64,000 nucleotides of DNA, taken from NCBI GenBank assembly GCA_963765765.1, contig CAVXYC010000032.1, forward strand, positions 256,001 through 320,000. The letters run 5' to 3'. This DNA comes from an uncultured Chloroflexia bacterium. Lineage in GTDB: Bacteria > Chloroflexota > UBA6077 > JACCZL01. Every line of letters starts with the position of its first letter. Position 1 is the stretch's first letter. This document shows, piece by piece, positions 11,253-22,494 of the stretch. The position numbers were made by a program, and so were the translations under genes. The notes beneath the pieces are model-generated. The model searched no databases. It was not told the origin of the DNA and was given only the letters and a program-made list of their open reading frames with translations.

Positions 11253-12824
11253 TCAGCGCACAAGTCTGTAGACGATGGCACGGCCGACTGTCTCCTGGCG
11301 GTCGATTCGGGCTGTGGTGAACCCCGTGAGCGTGGATTGGGCGGCTCGCTGCGGGCGGCAATTGGACACCTCACAGACGACAAAGACCTGACCAGTCGGC
11401 AACGAAGGCTCCACTGGTTCGTCGCCGTAGAGAGAGATGTGAAACGCGTAGGCTGCCTCGTAGCTGCGATCCGAGACCACCAGGAGGTGAAACGGCTGCC
11501 CGTCGGCATGCGCATGCATGAACCGGGCGACCGCCTCGGCGTGCGCAAGATCTCGGTCTGGCGGGTTGAGCAGCGGGCTGCCGAAGAGGTGAGCGAGCAC
11601 GAGCGCGCAGGTAAGCACAACTGCACTAGTCCGACCAAGCGTCCCGACCGCTCTGGAGTGATCCGACCCCGCGCGCCACAGCCAGGCGACAAGCGCTCCG
11701 AAAAGCAGGTATGCGGCCGGGGCCAGGGCCGCGAGGTAGTGGTCGTGCAGGGTGATGGGGGTCGCCGCGAACCCGAGCACGCCTGTGGCCAGCCAGAAGG
11801 CCAGCACGGTGAGCGCCCAGCCCCCATGCGAGCCGGGCAGGCTTCGCCCGCGCAGCAGTAACGGGATCAGTAGGCAGATTGCGGCCACGGTTGTCAGGAC
11901 GGGATTTTCTGAGGCGAGATGCTTGCCCACGAGGATCCGGCCATAGATGTCCAGCGCGCGCGGCGCAAAGCCCGCCGGGCCGCCATCGGCCGCAGCATCG
12001 GCAACTGCGTCGGTAGCTGCATCGCTTTGAGCAAGGAGCGTCACGAGCGGCAGCAAGATGGCGAGGAACACCGCGATCGAGATCGCGGACCAGCGGAAGA
12101 ACGCCCCGCGGGCCGCGTGTCCCGATCTGCCCGCTCCGGCCCGAAGCTCCAGGAACCAGGCCATGGCCGCCGCCGGCAGAGCAAGGACGGCGGCGTAATG
12201 AAGGTGGAGCGCGACGGCAAGAAGGATTGCCGCCGGAAGGTACCAACGTGGATTAGAGTCACGGTGGGCCCGGAAAATCGCCCAAACCGCCAGCAACGCG
12301 AAGAAGGGAAGCAAATTAGGATTCCAGGCAGTGCGCGCACTAACGATGCCGATGGCCGAAACCGCATACACCAGAGCGCTCGTGACTGCCGCTGTCCGGC
12401 CAAACCAGGTGCGTGCCAGTGCGTAGACCAGTCCCACGCTGGCCACGCCCAGGACGGCTACCATGCCAGCGCCCGCGACCGGGCTGAGCCAGAAGAGACC
12501 CATCGGTATAGCCAGCACGTAGTAGTACGCCGGGCTGAAGTGAAGCCCTGCCAATGTGGTGGGCGGGCCAACAAGCGGGAGCGCGCCGGCGGTGAGCATG
12601 CGCTTGACCTGAAGCGCGTCCCGTCCCTGGTCTCCCAGGAACGTCAGGTATTCCTCGAGCCGCCAGAATCTCAGGGCGGCTGCGATCGCCAGGATCACGA
12701 GGCAGGCCAGCAGGTCGATATGACGGCGTGCCTGCTGGGCATGGTTAACAGCCCTGGCCCGGGAAGAGGCCGAAGCGCCCGCACTGCCGTAGTAGCCGCT
12801 GGTGACCCGCAAAGGGGCGCTCAT
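11253..12824 (-). CDS. Glycosyltransferase family 39 (PMT/ArnT-like) membrane protein
   Basis: TM1-RFWRL..FLGDQGRD, LVGPPT, SRTAWNPN-type motif, many TM helices. Confidence 0.85.
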   Translation of the reverse strand: MSAPLRVTSGYYGSAGASASSRARAVNHAQQARRHIDLLACLVILAIAAALRFWRLEEYLTFLGDQGRDALQVKRMLTAGALPLVGPPTTLAGLHFSPAYYYVLAIPMGLFWLSPVAGAGMVAVLGVASVGLVYALARTWFGRTAAVTSALVYAVSAIGIVSARTAWNPNLLPFFALLAVWAIFRAHRDSNPRWYLPAAILLAVALHLHYAAVLALPAAAMAWFLELRAGAGRSGHAARGAFFRWSAISIAVFLAILLPLVTLLAQSDAATDAVADAAADGGPAGFAPRALDIYGRILVGKHLASENPVLTTVAAICLLIPLLLRGRSLPGSHGGWALTVLAFWLATGVLGFAATPITLHDHYLAALAPAAYLLFGALVAWLWRAGSDHSRAVGTLGRTSAVVLTCALVLAHLFGSPLLNPPDRDLAHAEAVARFMHAHADGQPFHLLVVSDRSYEAAYAFHISLYGDEPVEPSLPTGQVFVVCEVSNCRPQRAAQSTLTGFTTARIDRQETVGRAIVYRLVR

Positions 12825-13282
12825 CTAGTGCTCAGGACGCGACACGCGTCTTAGCTGTTTGTCGATCCGAGGCATGAGTCTCCATTGGCGCGTCGAGCGA
12901 ACGCTGTCCGGGTTGGTGTCGCGTGGGGAAACATAAGAATCGCGTGGGCCGTCGTCGCACCACCCGTACCCAGCGGCATATTTACCAAACCGTTGTTCGC
13001 TAAGACGTTGGGGCGAGGGGCGCTTGAAACACCTGGAAAAGTGTCCCACATCCGGACCAGGGATGAGTCACCGGGTACGACCCGATCAGGCGATTCAGGT
13101 TGCCGACGGCATCAAGATCGGGCGCACCCGGGCAGGCGGGTCGAACGATCGGCGCATCGGCCGCGCGTGAGGCCACCGGAGTTCGAGAGTCTGCTGCGCA
13201 GCCGGAACCGACGCCGACGGCACTGCGCTCCTGGATTAGCTGTGGCGTAGCCCTAGATGCCCGATAGCCCACCTTGTTGGCC

Positions 13283-13981
13283 TCAAGCATCCGTACGGCG
13301 GACGGTCAACACACACCGCTCCAGAGCGTCGACCAGCTGTTCAGGGTGGGCAAGGAACGGGCAGTGACCGCCTGGGATCTCGATCGGCTCCACGCCCAGC
13401 CGATCCCGAGCGGCTCGCCGCGCCCACGCGGGAGTGGCCGTCCGGTCGTCGGCGCATAGGATGTACTCACTGGGAACCTCGGGCCACGCACGCAGCGGCG
13501 TCACTTCACTGCCGAGCGCTCCGGGTTCAGGACGCAGCCGATGAAAGGCCTCGCGTGCAACATCAGGTGGACAATCGTGAAACAAGAAGCTGGCCGCCAC
13601 TGCTTCACTTTCCCAGAAAGGCGCCTGGGCGGTGAACATCTCGGGATTGAACATGTCGGGCTCGCTGGCGACCTGGTCAACCACGCTCTGGCCAGGTCGG
13701 GGCAGCAGCGAGTGGAGGAACACCATCTTCGTCACCGGCCTCTGCGCCGCAACCAGCGGGATGATCAAGCCCGCGATGGAATGTCCGACTAACACCAGCT
13801 CATCGATGGCACCGAAGTCTCGCGTGATCGCCTCGGCGCAGCGAGCCGCACCGGCCGCAAGGTCATCCGTCGTGAGATCCGTGGTTACGCCTCTGTGGCC
13901 GCGCGCCACCAGCTCCGGTGTCACCCGGTCCCAGCACCACGCGCCGAATCCGCCGCCATGAACTAAGCCGAACGTACTCAT
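13283..13981 (-). CDS. Alpha/beta hydrolase (methylesterase-like)
   Basis: LVHGGGFGAWCW, GHSIAG, GGHCPFL. Confidence 0.92.
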   Translation of the reverse strand: MSTFGLVHGGGFGAWCWDRVTPELVARGHRGVTTDLTTDDLAAGAARCAEAITRDFGAIDELVLVGHSIAGLIIPLVAAQRPVTKMVFLHSLLPRPGQSVVDQVASEPDMFNPEMFTAQAPFWESEAVAASFLFHDCPPDVAREAFHRLRPEPGALGSEVTPLRAWPEVPSEYILCADDRTATPAWARRAARDRLGVEPIEIPGGHCPFLAHPEQLVDALERCVLTVRRTDA

Positions 13982-14344
13982 CTGGTAGCTCCATCAGTGA
14001 GTGTCACGTGAGTGGCGTGCTCATGCCGGTAATTGTCATATAGGTGAGGGTGAGGGGATGTAGATGCCGCTGCTCATTGCGTCGCCGAGTCCAGGCGAAT
14101 GATTGGCATCGCTTTCTTGTGCGGGCTGTCGGTGCGTGGAGTCAGCATCCGAGTCAGTGGAGCCACAGTACCTCTCCTGCGTCCACGCCCCGCCGGGCTG
14201 AAGCACTCCTGGACGAAGCGCTTCGCGCGCAGCTAGGCGGACGGCCAAGGTTTTCATTCTCGGAGGCGATGCATCGCCTCGTGAGAACTCCACCGAAGCC
14301 GCCCAACCGTACCTGGGCCGCTGGTAGTAACGTGATGTCCTGCC

Positions 14345-15092
14345 CTACCGCACCCCCACCGGCGAGCTGAGCAGCCGCCGCATCATCTCGTTCAGATCCC
14401 GCAACGCCTGGCGGCCGTCGGCTGTGAAGCTCGAGCCGTGCATCACCGCAAACGTCGATGGCTCAAGGTCGGCCAGCCCGTAGAGGATCTGCTCGGTCTG
14501 TGTTGAGTACGGGAGGTAGTTGGCCAGCGGCCCGGCTTGAAAGCTGGCCAGCGATTGCTCGGCGCGGTCCAGCACGCTGCCATGGAACAGTGGCTCGTTA
14601 TCGCCGAGCTGGTGGAACAGGTCGGAGCACAGCAGCGTGCGCGTCGTCTCATCGAAGAGCATTCCTGCCTCCCAGCAGTGCGGGACGTGCGGGGTCAGGC
14701 GGAAGCGGAACCGGTGCGCGCCCGTGACGAGCTCTTCGTCTTGCACCATTCCGCGGGCCGCGGTTGGCGAAGTCGTTGACGCTCACCAGCGCGCCCACCA
14801 GGCTACAGACCGGCTCAGCGTTCGGCGCTACCTCCAGCCAGTCGTTCAGCGAGCCGCACTCGTCGGCCTCGTAGTGACTGAACGAGATCCAGCGGATCTG
14901 CGCCGGATCGAGCACGCGGGCCACTGCGTCACGCACCAGCGGGAACATGCTTCGGCTGGCGGTGTGGAACAGCAGCGGCTCGTCATCTTTGACCAGGAAC
15001 TGACAAAACGGGAAGTCGACCTCAGGCACGTAGGTAGCGATGCGGTAGATGTCAGGAGCGACTTCGTCGACCGTGGTAGAGAGCGGCATCAT
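14345..15092 (-). CDS. MBL-fold / flavodiiron-like (ODP) protein; frameshift near 14755
   Basis: [10 protein letters not shown] in ORF 14649-15104; [14 protein letters not shown] and MHGS in ORF 14345-14749. Confidence 0.85.
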
Positions 15093-15161
15093 GGAACCTC
15101 GCAACTCAGTGATCAGTCGTGTACACTAACTGTATCGGCAGTCTAACGCAGTGGGAGATGA

Positions 15162-15923
15162 ATGTCAATACTCAGTGAGCACGAATGTTCACCGACTGAT
15201 GAAATTGGTTTGCAGACTGAGCCGGCCGCGGACGCATCGCCTCTGCAGTCTTCCGCCGCCGTGCCCGCCCGCAAGCTCCGCCTCAAGGCTCGTGCCGAGC
15301 GGATGGGCGAGACCCGCAAGCGGATTGCCCGCGCCACCTACGAGCTCCACGCCTCGGTCGGCCCGGCGCGTACCACCATCAGTGCCATCGCCGAGCGCGC
15401 CGGCGTCCAGCGGCTCACCGTGTACAAGCACTTCCCGCATGAGCGTGATATTTTCCAGGCCTGCACCACCTATCACCTGGAGCTCGACCCCCCGCCCGAT
15501 CCGGCTAGATGGCAACAGATCGTCGATCCCGAACAGCGGCTCCGCCTGGCCCTGGCCGAGCTGTACCCTTACTACCGCCGTAACGAGACGCTATTTGCCA
15601 ATACCGGGCGCGACATAGCGCTGGTCCTGGAACAGATGGACGGCGCGCCGCCGGCCGGGCTGCGGGCGTTCATGGACCTACCATCCCAGCTGCACGCCGC
15701 GCTCGCCGTTGGCTGGTCGGAAGACGACCAACAGGCGACGCTCCGCAACGCGGCGCTCGCGCTAGCGATCGACTTCGCCACCTGGCGCACGCTGGCGCGT
15801 GGTCAGCACCTCGAGGATGCTCAGGCCGTCGAGCTCATGGTCGCTCTAGTCACCTGCGCTCGGCGCGAGCTGATCTGCGACACCTCTAGGGCCCCGAAAA
15901 AGCGTCGACGGACTTCCGTTTAG
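15162..15923 (+). CDS. TetR/AcrR family regulator, divergent from the MBL gene (start uncertain)
   Basis: TTISAIAERAGVQRLTVYKHFP HTH. Confidence 0.9.
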   Translation: MSILSEHECSPTDEIGLQTEPAADASPLQSSAAVPARKLRLKARAERMGETRKRIARATYELHASVGPARTTISAIAERAGVQRLTVYKHFPHERDIFQACTTYHLELDPPPDPARWQQIVDPEQRLRLALAELYPYYRRNETLFANTGRDIALVLEQMDGAPPAGLRAFMDLPSQLHAALAVGWSEDDQQATLRNAALALAIDFATWRTLARGQHLEDAQAVELMVALVTCARRELICDTSRAPKKRRRTSV

Positions 15924-16021
15924 GCATTCCGCTGAGACTGCTGACCCCGCAATCCCGTCGCCACCCCGACTTCTAGAGACCTCTGAAAAGAAGCTCACTG
16001 TGGCGATAGAGGGCAGTAGCT

Positions 16022-17088
16022 GTGCCGAGCCGCTCATATTTCCACCGTCTGCGGTTGAGAAATATCCAGGCCCTAGGCGCTTTGGGGCGTCTGCCGCTGA
16101 GTCCCTCGCAGTTTCAAGTAGGCCGGTCTGCAACTTACCTACGGGAGTTCCTGGAAGTATGGATGTACCGGGTCCCGGTTTCGGCACGCGCTAATCTCAT
16201 CGGACGGCTGCGTGATCGAAACGACATCAACCATCGCGCCGCTAAATACGAGTTGCTGCTATACGCGTTCTGGCGGATCGCGGTTACCATGTCAACCTAA
16301 ATGAGCCAGTCGGGGTTGGAGATGCTGATCTTCTGGTTTCGAACGGAGCCAATTTTCTAATTGAAGTTGCCACGGTGTTTCCCGATCCAGAGGAGGAGCG
16401 GCGTTACCGTCATTTACACGACATCTGCGCCGCCATCGACGGGCTCCGTGACGATGAGTTCGTCGCGGAGGTCGATGCTAACTACGGATGGCCACCGGTC
16501 AACCTTACTCCGCGAGCCGCCAAGCGGGACGTGCGCGACTATCTGGAACGCGTGAAGCGCGATGAGGTTTCCCCGCAATCAGGCGTCAGGCTCGGAAAGG
16601 TGACCGTGAGATTATTACCCGCCTACCTGTCTGACGGATTTGTTGGAGCAATCAGTTACCCGGTCGAGTGGCGTAGTACACCAGAGCAAGCGCGGTCCGC
16701 CGTGGAGAAAAAGGTGCAGAAATTCAAGTCCATTAAACACTCGGGGCAGCCGCTTGTTGTGGCCTTATGTGATGGTGGGCTACACCAAAATTTTCATCAG
16801 GCGATTGATCGAGTGCTGTTCGGCTCTCCTGGCGTGATGACCATGCGAAACGATGACCGAGTCATTAGTCGGGGAGTGCGCTCGTCAGAAGGGTTCTTCG
16901 GTCCGACGGGAGCGAGCACTCGATTGAGCGCGGTGCTCGGCTGCTCGTATCAAATGACGACTCGTAGCATTGAACTACGCATGAGGGTCTGGCATAACCC
17001 ACGCGCGCTCGTCCCGATAGCGATCGCTGAGTTCGAGCCGCTGCCACAGTTGGCCACATTCCGTACGGCGTCCGGGACAAAGTATTGA
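16022..17088 (+). CDS. Hypothetical protein with PD-(D/E)xK-like motif; frameshift near 16270
   Basis: Joined reading YELLLYAF-LADRGYHVNLNEPVGVGDADLLVSNGANFLIEVAT; more AT-rich than its neighbours; start uncertain. Confidence 0.55.
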
Positions 17089-17349
17089 AATGGACGAAAG
17101 AGGACCGCCGGTCTTGTTCGGCTACGGATCTGACGGAGCCCTCTCGCCTAAAGTTCGCTGACTCAATTTCGTTAATCCGGCGTTTACGCTCAAAATTGCC
17201 TTAACTTGTTCGCGGAGGCCAAATGACCATCTCGTCCGGCCGATTAAGCCACGCCGAGCAAGCTCTCCGGAGTGAACCGGATCAGCCGTTGGGTCCTCCT
17301 GCGCCGTAGCACCGCCACGCACCGCACGTGGTAACTCTGCAATATCGGA

Positions 17350-17405
17350 CTGTCAACGCTGTGACAGCCTGTTCCAGAGGCTGAGCAAAAGCTGTTCCCT
17401 TATCG
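17350..17405 (+). repeat. Dispersed repeat copy 1, IS21-like terminal sequence
   Basis: ctgtcaacgctgtgacagcctgttccagaggctgagcaaaagctgttcccttatcg, similar to 22402-22457. Confidence 0.6.
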
Positions 17406-17473
17406 TTGTCGAGAAAGACAGCTTTGGAAATGCAATTGTCGAGAAGCACTGGCCTAACCGGCAGATCGTCCCG

Positions 17474-18574
17474 TCATCTAGCGCCCCGTACTGACTCAGC
17501 GAGCAGTTCCGCCAGGGGCTTTACGAATTCCGCCTCGTTATCCCAATAATTGTGTGCCGACAATCCGCTCGCCTCAACCCGGGCAACGTTGTCAACCTCA
17601 CAGTCCTCGATTCGGGCCGAGGACACCACACCGGTTTCCGGGTCGACGGCTCGGTACAGGCCGATTGTGTCGGGCTCGTTGACTGGCCGGGATCCCGGTC
17701 GCCACCACTTGGGCGGCGCCAGTGGGTCGGCCACCGGATCACGCTGGTCCCAGAAATTGACCCAGCGCCCGATCTCCGCCAGGCAGCCGATGTCGCGACC
17801 CCAGTAGAACAGCGCCGAGTACTTGCGCAGCGGGCTACCGGCGGTAACGATGAGGCGCACCTTGGGTGCGATGAACGGCGGCAGTTGCCGCAGGACGTCA
17901 AAGGCGAGCACCGTACCCTGGCTATGGGCATTGATGATGACGCTATCCACATCATCGCGAGAGCAGATCCGCAGCAGTGCCTCTCGGATGAATCCATGGA
18001 CGCGCTCGCGCAGGTCGTTTCGGGAGATGTAGGTCGTGACGTCATCTTCAAGTTGCCGAAGTGTCGCCAGGAACTCGGGTCCCACCACGGTCAATGCGTC
18101 CTAACGGACACGCAGGCTGGGGGACGATGCCCGACCGTCCTGAGCTGGGCGTCGCATGGTCGCCCGCGCATCCACGATGGCCATCCGCAGCAGCTCCGGG
18201 AAGGAGGCATACTGAGGGAGCGAGAACAGGGCCTTCGCCAGTGCGTCTATTGTGCTGCCTGGATGGCGGCGACGGGTGTCCTGCAAACGTGAGTACACCA
18301 GAGCCACATGGGCGATGCGCCCCTGTCCGTCAGTCAGATGCGCTCCGAGGTGTCGACAACGCGTTCCGGACGCGAGGCCCATTGGCCCACCCGTCGGAGG
18401 CCCTCCTCGATCTGGTGTGATGCGGGCGGCCGTTCGCTGGCGACATAGACGGACCATTCTGACCGCGCCGGCACGCTTGCGATGGGGATCATCGCCGAGA
18501 AGGGACGCGTCGAGATAGTGGCTCAGCCGCTCGTGTAGCGTATCGGCATATTCGGGTGGTCTACCGGGCGCCAT
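17474..18574 (-). pseudogene. Alpha/beta hydrolase-fold protein, multiply frameshifted and apparently 5'-truncated
   Basis: AHSQG nucleophile elbow, TAGSPL, WVNFWDQRDPVA, AHNYW; the N-terminal part is scattered over several frames. Confidence 0.6.
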
Positions 18575-18666
18575 GAGCGGGCACCACTGGACACCGCGTG
18601 TGGACTTTCTGTTAACCTACGAATCCTTTTTCGATGGGCGAGGCTGCAGCGCGTTGAGCGCTGTGC

Positions 18667-21600
18667 GTGAACGGGCGCGCCGCATCGAGGCATGGCGCGT
18701 GCGGAATTCGCAGAGGAGCCTCGTCAGTGACCAGCGGAACAGCGGTGCGGTGGGGGACCACCTGGGTCCGTAGGAGTCTTCGTCCCGGAGCGGTGCTCGG
18801 CTTGCTGGTGGCGCTTGGTTTCAACCAGCCAACCGCGATCGCGGCTCGAGATCTCTCTGGCACGGGCAGCAGCGGGTTCGAGGCCTCGGTACGCGCGCCA
18901 ATCTGGGCGGACACCAAACCCGATCCCACCAAGGCGTCTGCAAAGGTCGGAAGCAACGCCGCGCAGCCGACCGCCACAGCCCCCAAGCCGACCGCCACGT
19001 CGCAGCGAGCGACGGCGACTCCACAGGCAACCGCCACGGCACCGAAGTCCACAGCCACGACCGTGCTGCCCACGGCCACATCCGTGAAGGCGACCGCCAC
19101 ACAGTTCCCAACAACCGGGACGGTGGGAACGGCACCGATTTCAGCGGCCGCCGATGGCGCGACCGCAACTCCAACGAGGGCAGGGAGCCAGTCGGCCACC
19201 ACCGGGACCTCCACGCCCGGAGGAGGGTCCGCCGAGTCCTCGACACCGACGAAGGAGCCCTTGCCGTCGGCGTCGCCGCCAAGCCCGACACGGACGGCTA
19301 CCCCGCGCACATCCAATGCCTCGCGCTCGTCATCGTCGGACGGCTCCTCGTCGTCGGAGAAACGGCCGCGCGAGTCCACCGCCACCCCGAGCCCGACAAA
19401 TATCGTGCAGGCTATTGCCACACCCACGTCTCAGCCCCCCACGGCAATGCCGAGCCGTTCCCCGACCGCCCCACCGGTGCCCACGATCTCGCCGAGCCCT
19501 TCCGCCCAGGAGACGGACCTCGATGATCCGGCCTCCGAAACTGTCGGCATGTCAGCGAGCCAGGAGGTGGACGCCGGGCCGGCGCTCGTCATCGCGCCGT
19601 TTAGAGGCGCGTCAGTCGCGAGTATTGGTCCCGTTTACGGCCCCGCGTCCTGCCTGCGCGCGTTCACTTACTGGGAGCCGCTGGAAGCTGCGGCCCAGGC
19701 CGCTGGAATCCCGCCGGAGATCATGGGCGCGCTCCTCGTGGTCGAAGGGTCCGGCGAGCGGGCGGTCTCACCGGCGGGGGCCATGGGGCTGATGCAGCTT
19801 ATGCCCGACAAGTTCCGTCCGGACGATGACCCCTTCCACGTGCCAACGAACCTCCGCCGGGCCGCTGAATTCATCGGCCGCCTGAACGCGCGCTATGGTA
19901 GCGGCGAACAGATCGCTGCCGCGTATTTCGGCGCAATCGACGGGGCGGGGAACATCACCGGCGCCTCGGACGGCAACGTCGATGGCTTTGAGTATGTGCG
20001 CCGCTTTCAGGCGGCGCAGAGCTGCTTACTGGCGGGGCTGGGAGTGCCGGGCGCCGAGGTGGGCCTGCTGGTGTCGCCACTCGGCATACCGCTCAACCGC
20101 GCCAACATATCATTCGGCTTCCTGGACGATTATGGCTCAGCTCTAGCCCGCCTTATCCGCGGGCCAATCGACGTGGCCCGCTACGGGACTCTCCACTTCG
20201 CCTGGGATCTCATTGTGCCGGGCGCTCAGAATAATGGCCGCGGGTCACCAGTGTTCGCCCCGGTTGACGGTACGATCATCCGGACCAGCGACCCCGTCGG
20301 AGGCCCGAACGGAATCTGGATCGAGAACACCGGATCGGACCTCCGCGTACGGCTCATGCACATGGACGCGTTAGCGCCCGCCATCGCTACTGGCACGCGA
20401 GTCCAGGCGGGGCAATGGGTTGGCGTCCTCGGTGGTCAGGGCACCGAGGATTTCCCGCACCTGCACGTGTCGTTCGAGCGGCTCTCAACCGGCGAACGGA
20501 TCGATCCGGCGCGATTCTATTTCCGGCCCAATCCGGAGATGCCCATGCCCACCGCAGGGGCGGCCTATCGATCCGCCGCGACAACCCCGCTCGCTGTCAC
20601 ACACACGGTCACGCAAAACTTGAGCATCCCGACGAACGGCGACATCGAACGTCTCGCGGTCGACGGCGAAGTCCTCGTCTGGTCCGCCGTGGAGGGTGGC
20701 AACCGCCGGGTGCGCGCGCTGGACATTGGAACAGGCTGGACGTTCTCACCGGGAGATCCGTCGCCGGCGAGCAGTTTTCGCCGGTTGTTAGCGGCGAGCG
20801 CCTCATGTGGCTCGACACCCGCGAGTCCTGGGCCGGCGGCAAGGGCCGAGCGGACTCAACGATTGCCGACGTCTATCTGTTCGATCTCGCAACCGGGACC
20901 GAGCGTCGACTCACTTCGGTTCCGGGCAAGTACACCAGTCTCGCCGTGGGCAGAGGGACTGCAGCCTGGGTAAGCCAGGCGGGCGACCTGCAGACGCTGC
21001 ACGTTATCGACCTCGGGAGCGGGCGCGACGCCGTGGTGGACTGGAGCTTTAGCCGCATCGAATCCGTGACGATGGCCGAAGACTCGGTCATCTACGCGGT
21101 AGTGCCGGATCAGGAAACCACTTCGGGCGAACTGGAGATCCGCCAATACACGATCTCGACGGCGGGCACCGCTGTCCTCCACAGAGGCCGAGTTGGGCGC
21201 CTTTCCGGGGACGGACACATCGTGGTGTGGGAGGAACCGACTCCAACGAACTTAGGCAGCGTCATCCGCTCCCTCGATATCCGAACGGGCCAGCTTCAAA
21301 CCGGCGTTCCTGAGCCGACGGTCCGTGGCGGCATGTCGATCTCGGGTGGCACGTTGCTCTGGCAAGAAGCACAGCCCGATGGATCAAGGTCGCTGGTCCT
21401 GCGCGGCCTCACTTCCGCCTCGACGACCCGTCTCGCTGACGGGACGCTGGACATGAAGGTCGCGGCCGCGCTAGGCCACGGAACGCTGGCCTGGAAGACA
21501 GAGTCGGGAGATCTCGGTGTTGCGCGGCTCCCGGCGTGGGACATCGAGGGCGGTCAATTCTTCTCCGAATTGGACCGAGGACAGAGACTGATCGGGAGCC

Positions 21601-22186
21601 TCGGGTACCGCATCGCCGACGATGGGGGAATCCCGATGTGGAGCGAATTCCTGCGACTCGGCGGCGAGGCGGTCCTGGGTCGCCCGGTGACCGACCGGGT
21701 GCAGCTCGCGGACGGCCAGGTGTATCAAGTGACCGAGCGAGCGCTCCTCCAGTGGAATCCAGTCCGTGGCCGCGCGGAGCTCGTCAACGTCCTGGACGCC
21801 CTGTCCGGTGCGGGCCAGGACGGCCAACTTCACAGCCGCTGGCAGATTCCTCCGCAGATGCCGCCGGAGGATGGCGGCGACCCGGTCCGTGCTCGCGAGA
21901 CTCGGCTCGAATGGCTCACCGATCCTGCCATTCGGGCGGCCTTCTTGGCCCCCCGGTGGGGGCACCTGTGTCTGGGTGGGACACTGAGGCGGCCATTGCC
22001 CGGTACGGCCTGCCGACGTCGCCCCCCGAAGATTTCGGCCCCTTCGTCGCCCAGCGCTTCCAGCGAGCGGTACTGCAACACTGGAACCCGTCCATACCCG
22101 GCGCCCAGGAGAACCCAGTGACACTGGTTGATATCGGCCTACTGTTCCGCGAGCTCATCTCCAACGGCAGCGTCGCCAACGAATAG
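18667..22186 (+). CDS. Secreted SLT + M23 + beta-propeller-like + Chloroflexi-type C-terminal domain protein; frameshifts near 20760 and 21955
   Basis: Signal peptide, long Thr/Pro/Ser linker, SLT (VEGSG/GAMGLMQ), M23 (HFAWD, PHLH), DVYLFDLATG repeats, then WSEFLRLGGEAVLGRPV...YGLPTSPPEDFGPFVAQRFQRAVLQHW. Confidence 0.82.
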
Positions 22187-22401
22187 ATTTAGTCGAATCA
22201 ATCACCCGGGCAGCGACCTGGGGGTCGGTGCGCGGAGTAATTCCACCAGAGGGCGGCGAACAGCAGAAGCACGTCATTCGACTGACCGTAAGCGTGCAGC
22301 GTCGAATTAGGATGCCCGGAGGGCACTGCTGAAACCTGGCCGCACTTAACTAGCCCCGCGGTACTGACACGCACTCGACGTGATACGTCTGCGGTATCCG
22401 G

Positions 22402-22494
22402 CTGTCAATGCTGTGACAGCGAGTTCCAGAGATCGAGCGAAAGCTGTCCACTCATCGATCGAGATATCCAAGGTCAACGAGTTGCTGACAGCCT
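22402..22494 (+). repeat. Dispersed repeat copy 2 (IS21-like end), followed by a second IS-like end
   Basis: ctgtcaatgctgtgacagcgagttccagagatcgagcgaaagctgtccactcatcg; GGCTGTCA (22400) and TGACAGCC (22486-22493) form an inverted pair. Confidence 0.55.

Noticed and set aside
18940-19500. Repetitive ACCGCC/ACGGC tracts as a CRISPR array or DNA repeat array
   Set aside because: They encode a Thr/Pro/Ala linker; there is no constant repeat-spacer period and no cas genes.
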